A DNA stretch of 63,392 nt, filler included, from Octopus bimaculoides (lineage: Eukaryota): assembly GCF_001194135.2 (NCBI RefSeq). It is 3 parts of 3 records of this genome, joined end to end, with 100 filler letters (N's around TTAATTAATTAA, not from the genome) between each part and the next. Parts side by side here need not be neighbours in the genome. Positions count along the whole stretch, not along the records: positions 27,865 to 49,938 come from NC_069005.1; positions 50,039 to 63,392 come from NC_068990.1; 1 more part is not named here. One strand, written 5' to 3'. Shown here one piece after another: positions 39,038 through 53,000 of the stretch. Position 1 is the stretch's first letter. Each line of letters starts with the position of its first letter. The position numbers and the translations under genes are program-made. The notes beneath the pieces were generated by a model. The model was not told where the DNA came from, ran no database searches, and saw nothing but the letters and a program-made list of their open reading frames with translations.

Positions 39038-42000
39038 AATTATGAATATATAGTTAGGAAAAGGAAAAACAGTAAGAAACATTGGCACAGTCTACCGAAG
39101 ACTACCTTCTGCAATGTGTTGTTTCCTTATTAATGACTACTTGTTATGGTACGAGAAATATTTCCCAGTTGTTTCTCGCATGTGGAAAAAAAAGACACTT
39201 AGAAATTGAGTACAAGCTATACAGTGAGTACGCAGTAAAGGACAAACACTGTCTGACTGGCTGTGTCTATCTAGGACAACACAGTCCAATGTATTCTTTG
39301 CTCGTACTTCATTGCTTTGCTAGACAAAGGAGGCAGATTAGCCCAGTCTATCTGGGATTACATCAACCAATGTGTCTTTTGTAGTATTGTTTTGAAGTCC
39401 GACAGTGAATTTATTGCTAAGCAAAAGAAAAGAAAAAACTCGCAGTTTCTATTTAGGACGACACACTCCATTATGTTCTAATGTACTGTTGTGTTAAGTC
39501 CTACTAAAATATATAGACCGCAGTCTATCTAGCACTACATTAACTTATATCTTATCTCCTAATACTCTATTGGAGTTCTGCAGTTAGTATACAGCTGAGA
39601 AAAAAGAAAAGGAAAGGAAAAGAGCGACACAATGTATCTAGGACTACATTATTCATTGTCTTCTCTGCTTAGTGAAAACGATGTGGTGTAATATAAAGGA
39701 AATTTGGTTGCTATTTATAGCAATTTCTACTATTGCCACCACCATCGGTTGTCAGACACACAAACATATACACACATACATACATATACACGTATATACG
39801 ACGGTCTTCTTGGTCGGCCCGAGGCTATAGTAGAAGACACTTGCCCAAGATGCCACGCAGTGGGAGTGGAAACGGAACCGTGTGGTTGGTAAGCAAGCTA
39901 CTTACCACACAGCTACTCCTGCGATATATATATATATATATANNNNNNNNNNNNNNNNNNNNNNNNNNNNNNNNNNNNNNNNNNNNNNNNNNNNNNNNNN
40001 NNNNNNNNNNNNNNNNNNNNNNNNNNNNNNNNNNNNNNNNNNNNNNNNNNNNNNNNNNNNNNNNNNNNNNNNNNNNNNNNNNNNNNNNNNNNNNNNNNNN
40101 NNNNNNNNNNNNNNNNNNNNNNNNNNNNNNNNNNNNNNNNNNNNNNNNNNNNNNNNNNNNNNNNNNNNNNNNNNNNNNNNNNNNNNNNNNNNNNNNNNNN
40201 NNNNNNNNNNNNNNNNNNNNNNNNNNNNNNNNNNNNNNNNNNNNNNNNNNNNNNNNNNNNNNNNNNNNNNNNNNNNNNNNNNNNNNNNNNNNNNNNNNNN
40301 NNNNNNNNNNNNNNNNNNNNNNNNNNNNNNNNNNNNNNNNNNNNNNNNNNNNNNNNNNNNNNNNNNNNNNNNNNNNNNNNNNNNNNNNNNNNNNNNNNNN
40401 NNNNNNNNNNNNNNNNNNNNNNNNNNNNNNNNNNNNNNNNNNNNNNNNNNNNNNNNNNNNNNNNNNNNNNNNNNNNNNNNNNNNNNNNNNNNNNNNNNNN
40501 NNNNNNNNNNNNNNNNNNNNNNNNNNNNNNNNNNNNNNNNNNNNNNNNNNNNNNNNNNNNNNNNNNNNNNNNNNNNNNNNNNNNNNNNNNNNNNNNNNNN
40601 NNNNNNNNNNNNNNNNNNNNNNNNNNNNNNNNNNNNNNNNNNNNNNNNNGTGTGTGTGTGTGTGTGCGTGCGTGTGCGTGCACGTGCGTGTGTGTGCGTG
40701 TGTGTGCGTGTGTAACTTGTTATGTACTACTTCCTGAAACATTGAAAAGTTAAAGCCGAGATGTTCATGGCTGGGACATCTTTGATCATAGATCTTCTTG
40801 GATAAGAGCTGACCTGGGGTTAAACTAAAATGGCATCGGCAACCACTAGTAGAATGAATTATTATTTTATATTGAGTAGTCATTAGAGGTGGGCCCGGTG
40901 GACATGTTCTTTGAGTAACGATGAAATTAAGTACCAGTTATATACTGGTTGAATTGAATATATCAATGGGCAAAGAGTTGTAGTTGTTTAGCCTCAGTAA
41001 GGCCGTGAACTAGCAGAATCGTTAGCACGCTGGTCAAATTACTTAGCGGCATTTTTTCTGGCTCTTTACATTCTGGGTTCAAATGCCGTCAAGGTCGGCT
41101 TTGCCTTTCATCTTTTCGGGATCGATGAAATAAGTACCAGTTGAGCATAGAAGTCGATATAATAGACTTACCCCTATCCCTAAAATTGCTGGCCTTGGCC
41201 GAATTTGTCTCAGGCCAGCTGGCGGAATCGTCAGCACGCCGGATAAAATACTTGGCGGTATTTTGTCCGTTTTACGATCTGAGTTCAAATATCGCTACTA
41301 AAGTCGACTTTGCCTTTCATCGTTTCGATTGAACACGGGTTGATGTAATCGACTAGTCCCCTCCTCACAAATTTCGTGCTTTGTACATATAATAGAAAGG
41401 ATTATTTAGCCCTAGGTCGACTCCTAACAGATATATAATGAAAAATACTACAGCCATGGTCAGCCATCCAAGTCTTATTTAAACTGTGTATCTAAGACAA
41501 CATTTACTCATATGTTCGTTTCTTTAAGACAGCAGAGCAAAATTTGAATGAGATTTGGTCATTATAATTATCAGGTCGAAAGAACACCTAGAGGCCTTTC
41601 TCAAACTGGTTTGTCTCCTGGACAACCAGTTTGAGAGGTTGGACTTTTTATAATATTTGTGACTAACATACTTAGCCTCTCAACCAGCCCCAGTCCACGT
41701 GTCAGGTAATAGTTATCACACGGTGGGAGGAGCTGTAAGAATAACAGTGCTGTAAAACTGATAATCCATGGCTAGTTTAGTTGTTGTTGTTGTTATTGCT
41801 ATGTAACCTCAGCTCAACACTGATCGAGCGGAACTATAACCGACGATATCCTTGTCATGCCCATCACATATTACTAAGAAACTAGGACGATCTTATTTAA
41901 TGTGTCCTTTGCCACTAACCCCATTATTCTGAGATATTAAAATTTCATATGAAGAAATTTTGGCTGATTTGTCTAGCAGGTTGGACAATCATATAGAGAT

Positions 42001-42462
42001 TATTCGACTAATTTGCAATGCTGAGTTCAGTTGCTCATGTGATTAAATAGCCAAGAATAGGGCGTTAGATTGGCCGAGTTGTTAGACTATCGGACAAAAT
42101 GTCTCCTCATACCTAATCCCTCCATTTTGCGTTCCGACTTCAGATCCCGCTCAGGTTACGGTATATATTCGTATACAAGTTCCATCTCTCATTTAGTGTT
42201 AAGAACTTGGCATAAAATTCTTTCTCTTCATTTTCAGACTTCATATCGGCTTTGCCCTGTGCATAAGTCGCACCACAGTGTTTTCAGTTAAAATCAAGTA
42301 CAAAATAGTGAGATTCATGCACTAGTAAATACGGTAACTTTGCATTTCATCCTTCCGAGTGTTTACAACATGAAGTACCAGTGAAATATTGGGGTCAGCA
42401 TGATCGATTAGTCCTGCCTCTCAGTTTTGAGGGATTTCACAGATATTAGGTGCAATGCCTCA

Positions 42463-42518
<56 letters not shown>

Positions 42519-42990
42519 NNNNNNNNNNNNNNNNNNNNNNNNNNNNNNNNNNNNNNNNNNNNNNNNNNNNNNNNNNNNNNNNNNNNNNNNNNNNNNNNNN
42601 NNNNNNNNNNNNNNNNNNNNNNNNNNNNNNNNNNNNNNNNNNNNNNNNNNNNNNNNNNNNNNNNNNNNNNNNNNNNNNNNNNNNNNNNNNNNNNNNNNNN
42701 NNNNNNNNNNNNNNNNNNNNNNNNNNNNNNNNNNNNNNNNNNNNNNNNNNNNNNNNNNNNNNNNNNNNNNNNNNNNNNNNNNNNNNNNNNNNNNNNNNNN
42801 NNNNNNNNNNNNNNNNNNNNNNNNNNNNNNNNNNNNNNNNNNNNNNNNNNNNNNNNNNNNNNNNNNNNNNNNNNNNNNNNNNNNNNNNNNNNNNNNNNNN
42901 NNNNNNNNTGTATATACATCTACACACACGTATACTTGTGTGTGCATTTGTATACATGCATATATGTACAGGCATAAATACCTGGATATA

Positions 42991-43034
<44 letters not shown>

Positions 43035-43054
43035 AGCTATAATATATTAATATA

Positions 43055-43725
43055 TCAAAATATATTAAATGTATTATAATATAAGTAGCCCGTTAGCAAT
43101 TAAAGCCTAAAGGCATGTAAATAAAAAATGGTACAAATTAGTACCAGCAATTGCTAGAAATAAGAATAAAAACACAACTCGAATAGCCACACAAAGCACT
43201 AACCTCATGAATTGACGGAAAGCGAGGGAGAGAGCTAAAGCCCCTCTCCGTGGAGAGATAAACTCGCAGAATGAGGTAAACAGACATCAGTATCACGTGA
43301 TTTCGAACTCTGATCATTATAATTTTATTTCTCAGTAGAGGATCTTACTGATACTACGGGTTAAGAAGGGTAGCTCACCTCGTACAACTCATGAGAAAAA
43401 CGGTTGAAAGCCAGCGCTAAATTCGAAACGGTCAAAGTGTACAGTATAAATACAATAAGATATAATATATTCTTTTCAAGGCCCGAAGTTTTGGGGGAGG
43501 TGGCAAATCGATTAGATCGACCCCGAAAGGATGAAAGGCAAAGTCGACCACGGCAGAATTTGAACTCAGAACGTAAAATATGTAGTAAGATATATTAAAT
43601 ACATTATAAAATAGGTGGCCCGAGAGCAGTCAAAACCTACAGGCAAGTTAATAAACAAGGGTACAGATTAGTATCAGCAATTGCTAGAAATAAGAGTATG
43701 AAAAAAACGACTCGAATAATTACGT
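43055..43725. repeat. Diverged direct repeat of about 135 bp (43055-43190 and 43590-43725)
   Basis: Shared atatattaaat..attataa...ggtaca.attagta.cagcaattgctagaaataaga...actcgaata. Confidence 0.75.
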
Positions 43726-43824
43726 GTGTGTGTGTGTGTGTGAGTGTGTGTGTGCGCGTGCGTGTGCGTGTGTGCGTGCGTGTGTATGAAACATATATAC
43801 ACACATACGCATGTATATCGTGTA

Positions 43825-43871
<47 letters not shown>

Positions 43872-44081
43872 TACAAACACATACGCACACACACATGCAT
43901 ACATACATATACATACATACATATATACATACATACATACATACATACATACATACATACATGTACTTATAAAGCTACTCCGAAACGCATGGATCGCACA
44001 GTCTGGTTCTCTTACGGGTTCGAATATGCCTCAAGCATATTTCAAATGGTAACAATTTCATATATATATATATATATATAT

Positions 44082-44847
44082 AAAGAAAAGAACTGGAGTC
44101 AACAAGAAGGGTTACGGTTGGACATTAATTCTACTAATCACTACAATTGTTTCCACGCAACGTAGTCCTCCAGGTTTGCAGCTACTTTATTATGCAACCA
44201 ACCGTTTCCTTGCATTATTAGATCTAGTTGTGTTTTCTCGGGTGATATGTAAATATTGTCTCCGTAAGTTTGAAATCCTCAGCTTCAAGAATATCCCCAC
44301 TGTCTATCGTAGCTTGAATTTAGTAGTAGTCACTGAGCTTATCAGGTTGTATTATTGCTGAAGTGCTGTTGGCAAACTGCTTAGAACGTGTAAATGTAGT
44401 GAGATGCATGCACACAGGAGAATCTGTGAATGTATATGCGTGCGAGAACAGGTACGTTCATAGATGTGTATGTGAGTGCGCGTACATATGCGCAGATATG
44501 AGCGTGTGTGTATATACGTATGTATATGTATATGTTGATGTGTATATATATATATATGTATATATCTGAAAAGGAAACGGATGACGTCACTGGTAGTTCT
44601 AATCAATTTGATTTTCTAATGATATAATATATTGAATAATTTTACAGTTTTGGCTTGTAGTTCCAGAAGCCAAACTGAACAATTATATTATATTATTGGA
44701 AAATTAAATTGATTAGAACTACCAGTGAAGTCATTCTTTTCTCAAATATACCTAACTGTACCATGGATTTAACACATTTTGCAATATATATATATGTATA
44801 TATATATATGTGTATGTGTGTGTGTATTTATATATATACTGTATGTA

Positions 44848-44884
<37 letters not shown>

Positions 44885-45365
44885 GTGTACATGAATCTAT
44901 ATATGTGTGTGTGTATGTGTGTAGGTGTGTATGTGTCTGAGCGTTGAATCTTAAAGGTCAGCTAAGGAAAATCGCATGTGTAACCAACCATGAAGAACAA
45001 ATCAGCAGTACAAAGAAATAAAATACCAATCCCTTTAAAACGGCAACCACTTTAACAGTAGCAGAATCACCATCTCACTTCATCTAGACATTCTAAGTAG
45101 TGTGCCAACAGTCCTACAGCAACAACACACCCTGATAAGTTCAGTGACTACTACAAAATTCAGACCACGACAGACAGTGTTCTTGAAGCAGAGGATTTCA
45201 AACTTACAAAGACAATATTTACATATCGCCTAATGAAACACAACTAGATCATATAATGCAGGGAAACAGTTGCATAGACAAATAGTTACTTTGCGTGGAA
45301 ACAATTGTAGTGATCAAAAATTTAATGTTACTGCCGTACCCCTTCTTGTTAACTCCAATCTTTTA
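44082..45365. repeat. About 1.3-kb imperfect palindrome centred on 44657-44666
   Basis: Outer arms 44082-44405 and 45075-45365. Inner arms 44560-44656 and 44667-44750. Microsatellite sits between outer and inner arm on both sides. Confidence 0.85.
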
Positions 45366-45379
45366 AATTATATATTCAC

Positions 45380-45759
45380 ACACGACAGATGCGCAAACGC
45401 AAACCTGGAATTATCTGTTTATCTCCACAACTCAGGCTTCCACAACTTACTTCTCTTTCTACCTCTCTTCACTATTGGTGTGTCCAGTCTTCTCGGCCCA
45501 CCGCTGGACATTTGACCCAGTTCTTTCCCGCAACAACATCTTCCCACTGGAATCTTCTCCTTGCTTGTGTCTTTTTCACATTCAATTATAAAACGCTCAC
45601 TCAACTCAGACAGCTTGCAAATCGTCATGAACACTGCCTCTTACTCCAGACTCAACAAGTAGTATGTCGATTAAAGCACATTCACCATTTAGGCTGTCTG
45701 ATGTTATCCACAGTTACGATATAATTTTCGCTTGATCTAAGTCAGGAACTTACACATGC

Positions 45760-45760
<1 letters not shown>
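45380..45760 (+). mobile_element. CR1/L2-like LINE 3' remnant
   Basis: GHLTQFFPATTSSHWNLL resembles the FFxRxxxxWNxLP C-terminal motif. Confidence 0.4.
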
Positions 45761-45856
<96 letters not shown>

Positions 45857-46148
45857 TGTGTACGTCTGTATATGTGTTCATGTCAAAGAGTGTATACCCG
45901 TCCTCCCTAATTTTAACTTCCTTTAACAGATTTTATTCTCTGTCATTTATGAACTTAATTTATGTTATATATTCACGGTCAACTACAACCAGTCCCATTT
46001 GCGGGTTGCAACCTCAAAATTATTCTACCCTCTGTCAGTGGACCCATATACAACGATAGGACAGATGCAGGATGGGTCGAAACAATCGTCATGTTGAATA
46101 AAGATCCGTATTAAATCTATCTTCTGTTTCTTTCATCAATTTTATATA

Positions 46149-47343
46149 TAGCGGGTGCGTAGGGTATTTGAGGACATTTCGTTTTTAGTTCATTACATCT
46201 TCAAATTATTTAGTGTATCAGTATTTTTGTTTTTTTCCAGATAACTCTTTCAAGATATCAAGCTCACTCAAGAAATGAAAAGACATGTAGTCATATTTGT
46301 TATACATGCAAACCACGGTGATTTAGAAATTAGCAACTTTCTAACTTTTGCAAGATCATTTGTACGCAAAGTTCGGTTGGAATTGGAGGCATGTGATGGT
46401 ACTGCTTCACCTGCATCAAAGAGGAAAAGAAACATTCAGAATGCTCAAACACTAAAAGAACACCGGAATTTATACATGTTCAAAACATTATCGATGAAAA
46501 CCCCAGAAGATCAATGAGATCCATCGAGTGTCAGAGTGAACGATCAGAACTGTAGCACATCGTGACATTCGATACAAGTCCTATGTAATGAGGAAAGGCC
46601 AATTCGTGTCTGCAAAGACACAGGAAAACCGTCTCATCCCTTCAAAACGGTTACTTAACAAAGTGGAAAACCCTCATGAACAAGGCATGCTTAGGTTTTT
46701 CTCTGACGAAAAACTTTGACCGGGATCAAAGTCTAACAGAAGCAATAACAAGTGGTTATGTGCAGATCCTTCTGAAGTATCCAGGGTGATGCACACGAAA
46801 TTTCCAGCAGCTGTGATGGTTTTAAGTGCGGTGAGTAACAAAGTTCATGTGATGCCTCCCCACTTTTTTCCACAGGGTCTTAGAATTAATGCTGCTGGAT
46901 ACATTGAGGTACTGGAAACTGTTATCAAGACCTGGATTGACGAATTATGCAATGGAAAGCCATACATGTTTCAAAAAGACTCAGCACCTTCTCACAAAGC
47001 CCTAGTCACCCAAGAATGGTTGTCAGACCATCTTTACGATTATGTAACACCTAATGTGTGGCCTCCAAACTCGCTAGATTCGAATCACATAGACTTCTAT
47101 GTGGGGAGCACTGCTGAAAGGGAGACTAAACATCATCCTCATAATACCATAGCTTCACGGAATGCTGTCATTGTCCAGGTAATATCCGAAATGAATAAGG
47201 ACCATATAGTGTCAGCATGCCAGCGGTTTCGGTCCCACAATGAAGCAGTCATCGAAGCCGAAGGCGGTTTCATAGAATAATTTGCTTTAAAACTGATTAC
47301 GAAGGCTAACTGCATAAATGTTTACTCAAATATACCCCCCGCA

Positions 47344-47346
<3 letters not shown>
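46149..47346 (+). mobile_element. maT-like (DD37D) Tc1/mariner element, transposase frameshifted
   Basis: Imperfect TIRs with TA. In ORF 46786-47280, exactly 37 residues separate the D of QKDSAPSH from the last D of NSLDSNHID. N-terminal piece at 46275-46517. Confidence 0.88.
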
Positions 47347-47397
<51 letters not shown>

Positions 47398-47453
47398 GTC
47401 TGTCTGTCTGTATANNNNNNNNNNNNNNNNNNNNNNNNNNNNNNNNNNNNNNN

Positions 47454-47485
<32 letters not shown>

Positions 47486-47851
47486 GTTGTATGAGTTAGA
47501 GATTAAGCAACCATCTAAGGGATAATACATATCCAATATACTACTGGGTGTATATCTACGTATTTATATCCAAAGTGCTTACTATTGCAGGGCAATATCG
47601 CAATTGAATACTAGGTATCAGTGGGAGTAAGACTGAAATTTACCCAGAATTTATAAGATAAATAAGAGAATGGAGAAGATAATCAATCGACAAACATCAG
47701 CCTGTAGACATTCATTTATATCTGTTTATTAATTGATTAGAATCATATGTATAAATAATCAAGATTAATAAATGAAATAAGCAAATAAATAAGTAAATAA
47801 ATCGGTAAATAAAAATAAATAAATGAATAAGAATGAGAATAATATTTGCCT

Positions 47852-47897
<46 letters not shown>

Positions 47898-48671
47898 CAT
47901 GAATATGTGTATGCTTGTATGTATATATATATGCATATATGTATGTATGTAGATATATGTGTCTGTGTGCGTGTGCGTGTGTATAACATGACTACAGAAA
48001 TACACGGAACCATAAGCACAAATACACAGCAACATAAGCACGCATACACAGCAACTTAAGCACGCACTCACACACACACAGACACACACATACACACACA
48101 CACACTTGCTGTGTAGACCTACAGTGAAGTGACATATCTAATTTTTGACAACCTAGTTTGGCTGCAGAGGTCACCTGGTGGCCTCCCATCTCCCTATGCA
48201 TCATTAAACACTTCCACTTTTGGCATCACGACACTTTTGATTTTCGACGGTTCAAAATTGATATTAAGAAGTGTCTATTGACACACTATGTGTAGACATT
48301 CACACACTCATGCACAAGCACACACACACATACACAAACACACATGCACAAACACACACACAAATATACAGGTATATATACACACCAAACACACTGTTGG
48401 AAACGTACATATACACACAGGCACACACATACACACGCGCACACACATACACACATACACCCGCATGCACACAATGCATACTTACAAACATACGTATTCA
48501 CTCACATACTTAAACACGCACATACACGCACGCACACACAGATACAGACACACGTTGAAAGAGGTACACCTCCCCCCCCCACACACACACACACTTTGGT
48601 GTTGTGACTTTTGTGATTTATATGTCTATCGATAGCTCGATATAAACGTGCAAACATACATAGAAACAATC

Positions 48672-48715
<44 letters not shown>

Positions 48716-49007
48716 TGTTAAGTGTGATGTACAGAATTGAATATTGAAAAAAAGTCGTCAGAGTTTTTTAAAAAACTTTTTTTTATTTTATTATATCTTC
48801 ATTTTGTATATATATATATATATATATTGGTACGTAAGAACATATACATATGTGTGCGTATATATGCATACATATATATATATATATACACACACATACC
48901 CGTCCGCGCATATATATACACGTGCAACGGATACGCGTCCTTACGCGCGCACACGTGTGTGAGCATAACTCTTCTTATGTGTGAATCATAAATATTTGCA
49001 AAAGATC

Positions 49008-49071
<64 letters not shown>

Positions 49072-49263
49072 ATACAATCTCCGTCACACCATCACAAGCT
49101 CACACGAACCGTTGCACACGCCTACACAGTTCCTTCATATTCACCCACACATGCACACACATATATGCGCACGCACACACACACACACATACACACTCCC
49201 GAATTCACATCCACTATCTAATACGTATTTGCCCGTCCCAACTCGCACGTCTATGTAGGCACG

Positions 49264-49332
<69 letters not shown>

Positions 49333-49905
49333 TGCATAGATTAAATAGATATACGTGTGGACACATGCGCATTCATGCACACACATGTACACACACACAC
49401 ACTCACATACATGGACACACAGATACGCTTGCATGCACACGTATATATATAAACACTAATATATACTCACACACAACTACACAAGAAAATAACAGATATG
49501 CATAGATACCCATACATACATACATACATACATACGGATACACAGACAGACGGACAGACAGACATACTTACACACACATGTTCATAGACATGAAAACATA
49601 TAGACAAGGAGAGACACACTTGCAATATATTCATGCCTAACACCACACACTGATATATACTCATCCACAAACATACGTACATGCATTGGGCTACGGCCAT
49701 GTTGGGGCACCACCCTGAAAGATTTTGTCAAGCAATTGATTCCAGTACATATTTGTACATCTGGTTCGAATTCCATCGGATTCGTTTTACCTATTCGGGA
49801 GGTTACGGCGTTGGTAAACAAACCAACAGCGGTCGTCAAGCGATCAAACACCTACACACATAACTACACACACACACATACACAAATACGCAAAAGCACA
49901 CAAAC

Positions 49906-49938
<33 letters not shown>

Positions 49939-50039
49939 NNNNNNNNNNNNNNNNNNNNNNNNNNNNNNNNNNNNNNNNNNNNTTAATTAATTAANNNNNN
50001 NNNNNNNNNNNNNNNNNNNNNNNNNNNNNNNNNNNNNNA

Positions 50040-50240
50040 CAAAACTGAAAAAATTAATAAACATAGAAACTTCAAAAATTAAACATCTTCCTGAATCTAA
50101 TAACATTTTTATAAGAAATCATACCATGCCTATTGAGAAGGTCAAACGTCATCGATGTGTTGAAGTATTGAATCAAAAGGATTTAACTCTTTTAATCCAA
50201 TCTCTTGTCGTCACAAACTCAATTTCTTAGTGGAGAGGTA
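50040..50240 (+). mobile_element. Degenerate Penelope GIY-YIG C-terminal remnant
   Basis: AY*EGQTSSMC*SIE...ISCRHKLNFL aligns by eye with PYDKGKDFCSLCNLE...RCKHR at about 28760-28900. Confidence 0.4.
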
Positions 50241-50764
50241 ACCCAATTCTTAATGCGGCTGAGATAACCATAAAGTACCAAGATCCCCACTAACGACTTC
50301 CCCTAAACTTTCAGGCCTTATACCTAAATTAAAAACAATAATGTTACTGCTTTCAGCTATACTGATGCATCGCATTTAAAGGCTTTGTCAATTATATCAA
50401 CCTTGCTACGTATTCCGGTACATGTTTTATCGATCTCAACGTGTCTAATCGCTAACTTCTCTGCATAAACAAACACCATATAAGGAACTCTGGTGTACAC
50501 ATAAAATGCATCGGCGCTCTTCCATCTATGCATGCATTCGTTGATTCCCATTTACCGTATTCTACTGATTAAGCATTAGTTAACAGAAGACTTGAAGTAA
50601 GTTGCACAAAGTGCCTTGCAGTGGGACAGAACCCGGAACCCTGCGGTGGCAAAGCGAATACCTTAACCACACAACCGTGTATGGCTAACATTTCAAAAAA
50701 CGATACTACGATACAAATCAAACTATCTTTTATCGTTTATCTTTTAATTGTTTCAGCTATTATT

Positions 50765-50960
50765 AAGGCGGCGAGCTGGCAGAAACGTTAGCGCGCTGGG
50801 CTAAATGCTTGGCGGTATTTCGTCTGCCGTTATGTTCTGAGTTCAAGTTCCGCCGAGGTCGACTTTACCTTTCATTTTTTCCGGGGTCGATAGATTAAGT
50901 ACCAGTTACGCACTGGCTCAATGTAATCGACTTAATCCGTTTGTCTGTCCTTGTTTGTTC
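50765..50960 (+). mobile_element. Young family B SINE
   Basis: aggcggcgagctggcagaaacgttagc... intact head and core. Confidence 0.9.
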
Positions 50961-51391
50961 CCGTCTGTGTGTAGAAATGATAAATCAAGTACCAGTTGCA
51001 TGCCGGAGTTGATCTAAACAACTGGCCTCCTACCCACAAATTTCGGGCCTTGTGCATAGAATTGGAAAGAATATTTTAAAAGGCGGCGAGATGGCGGAAA
51101 CGTTAGAGAAGAAAAGAATTGTTTCAGTCATTAGACTGCGGCCAAGCTGGTGCACCACCGTGTAGGGCTTTTAGTCAAGCAAATCGACCATAGTGCTTAT
51201 TTTTCTAAGCCTGGTGCTTATTCTATCGGTCTCTTCTGCTGAGCTGCTACGTCACAGGGACATACACGAAGCAACATGGCGTGTCAAGCGGTGGTGGGAC
51301 ACAGACACATATATATATGGGCTTCTTTCAGTTTCCGTATTCCGAATCCACTCGCAAGGCTTTGGTCGACCCGGGGCTATAGTAGACCCCG

Positions 51392-52288
51392 AATGGACGA
51401 AAGGCAGAGTTGACCTCGGTGCTACTTGAACACAGACGTATTAAGCCGGAGCAAATGCATTTTATCCGACGCAGTAACGATTGTGACAACTCAATGGCCG
51501 TTTCTCTGTTTTTCCTATAATTCTTTCCAATTTTAGTCACATGCCTACAAAGTAGCGATACAAACACGTCAAATTTACCTACTTTTACCTCATCAGAGAT
51601 GTTTACGTGACTAATCTCAAAGATGCAGGTAGCCAATCCGTTTATATACCCATTAAACTTTGTAACTCCAGTGAACTGGTGCCGATCACTTACATATAAG
51701 CGTTTAACACTGTTTAATATCAGAGACCTGTCAACGGAGAATCCAAAGCATACAATATCATTTCTCCGGAAAAATGGTACGTTTTGTATTTGTAATTGTG
51801 TACCATTTCTCGGTTTTTTCATCCTTGTTTTCGTATACATTCGCTTGCTTTCTTCCAAGGAGTCTAGTGCTTTTAGCTTAGATTTTCTTGGGGCCAGCCA
51901 GACTGGAGCAGACTTGATATTATGTGGTTTGGATTCCCTGTTGAGAGGTCTCAGATATTAAACAGAGTGTTAAACGCTTATAGTATGTAAGTTATCGGCA
52001 CCAGTTCACTGGGGTTACAAGGTTTAATGGGTATACAAACGGATTGGCTACCTGCTTCTTTGAGATTAGTCACTTAAACATCTCTGATTAGGTAAAAGTA
52101 GGTAAATTTGACGTGTTTGTATCGCTACTATGTAGGCATGTGACTAAAATTGGAAAGAATTAAAAGAAAAACAAAGAAACAGGTATTGAGTTGTCACAAT
52201 CGTTACTGCGTCGGATAAAATGCATTTGCTCCGGCTTAATACATCTGTGTTCAATTAGCACCAAGGTCAACTCTGCCTTTCGTCCATT
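51392..52288. repeat. Inverted duplication with arms of about 370 bp (51392-51759 and 51915-52288)
   Basis: Arms are high-identity reverse complements with a spacer of about 155 bp. Confidence 0.92.
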
Positions 52289-52439
52289 TGGAGTCGATAA
52301 AATAAACAACCGGTCAAGCATTGGATCAACTGTCATCGACTAGCTCCCACTCACCAAAATTGCTAACTTTGTGCCAAATTTGGAGTAATTATTATATACA
52401 CCATTATAGTGTAGATAAAATATGATCACTAATTTAGTT

Positions 52440-53000
52440 AATAGTGCGGGCTGTTACGCTCGATGCGCCGCTTTGAACGACATCGTCAGAAGGGGGCCTT
52501 GCAACAGTGGGCTTCCCTTCATGATAGGAGCTAGTAAGTCTTAGTTGCGGAGATGGGAAGCACTCCGACAGAATAAGCCTCTTCTCATACGAGGTAGCTA
52601 AATCTCCAAACTGGGGCACGACGTGCTGCGACACGTTCTCCGTCGCCAATCATGCTGCAATGGCCGCAAATCTAGGTGTCGGCGCTTGTAATTTAGAGGA
52701 GAGAAAGTTAAAGAAACACCGGAACCTGACCGCCCGCTATCTGTTTGTACTGGTCACCGTCGAGTCCCAGGGTGTCCTGGGACCCTGCATTGTTGACTTC
52801 CTCCGCAAAATCGGGATAACAGCGTCTTGACTCAGAAATGAGCCACGCGAGGTGAGGTGGCTGTTGCAGCGAGTGTCGCTGGCCATTCTTCGCGACAAAG
52901 CCTTTGCCATCGTAACCGCGAGGCGCAGCTGTACACCCCGTTTGGACTGAGATGTACAGCTTGTCACTCCTTCCCCCACCATCATTTGTTGCTTATCTCC
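52440..53000 (-). mobile_element. GC-rich remnant, possibly L1/Tx1 ORF1 (zinc-knuckle-like)
   Basis: Residual frame DTLGLDGDQYKQIAGGQVPVF...CGHC...AARR. Many stops. Confidence 0.35.

Noticed and set aside
37880-43050. Long ORFs of 150-400 aa
   Set aside because: They are open only because they run through N gaps.
51585-51625. CTGATGA on the minus strand inside the inverted-repeat arm
   Set aside because: No stem II or GAAA follows, and the other arm reads CTGATTA.
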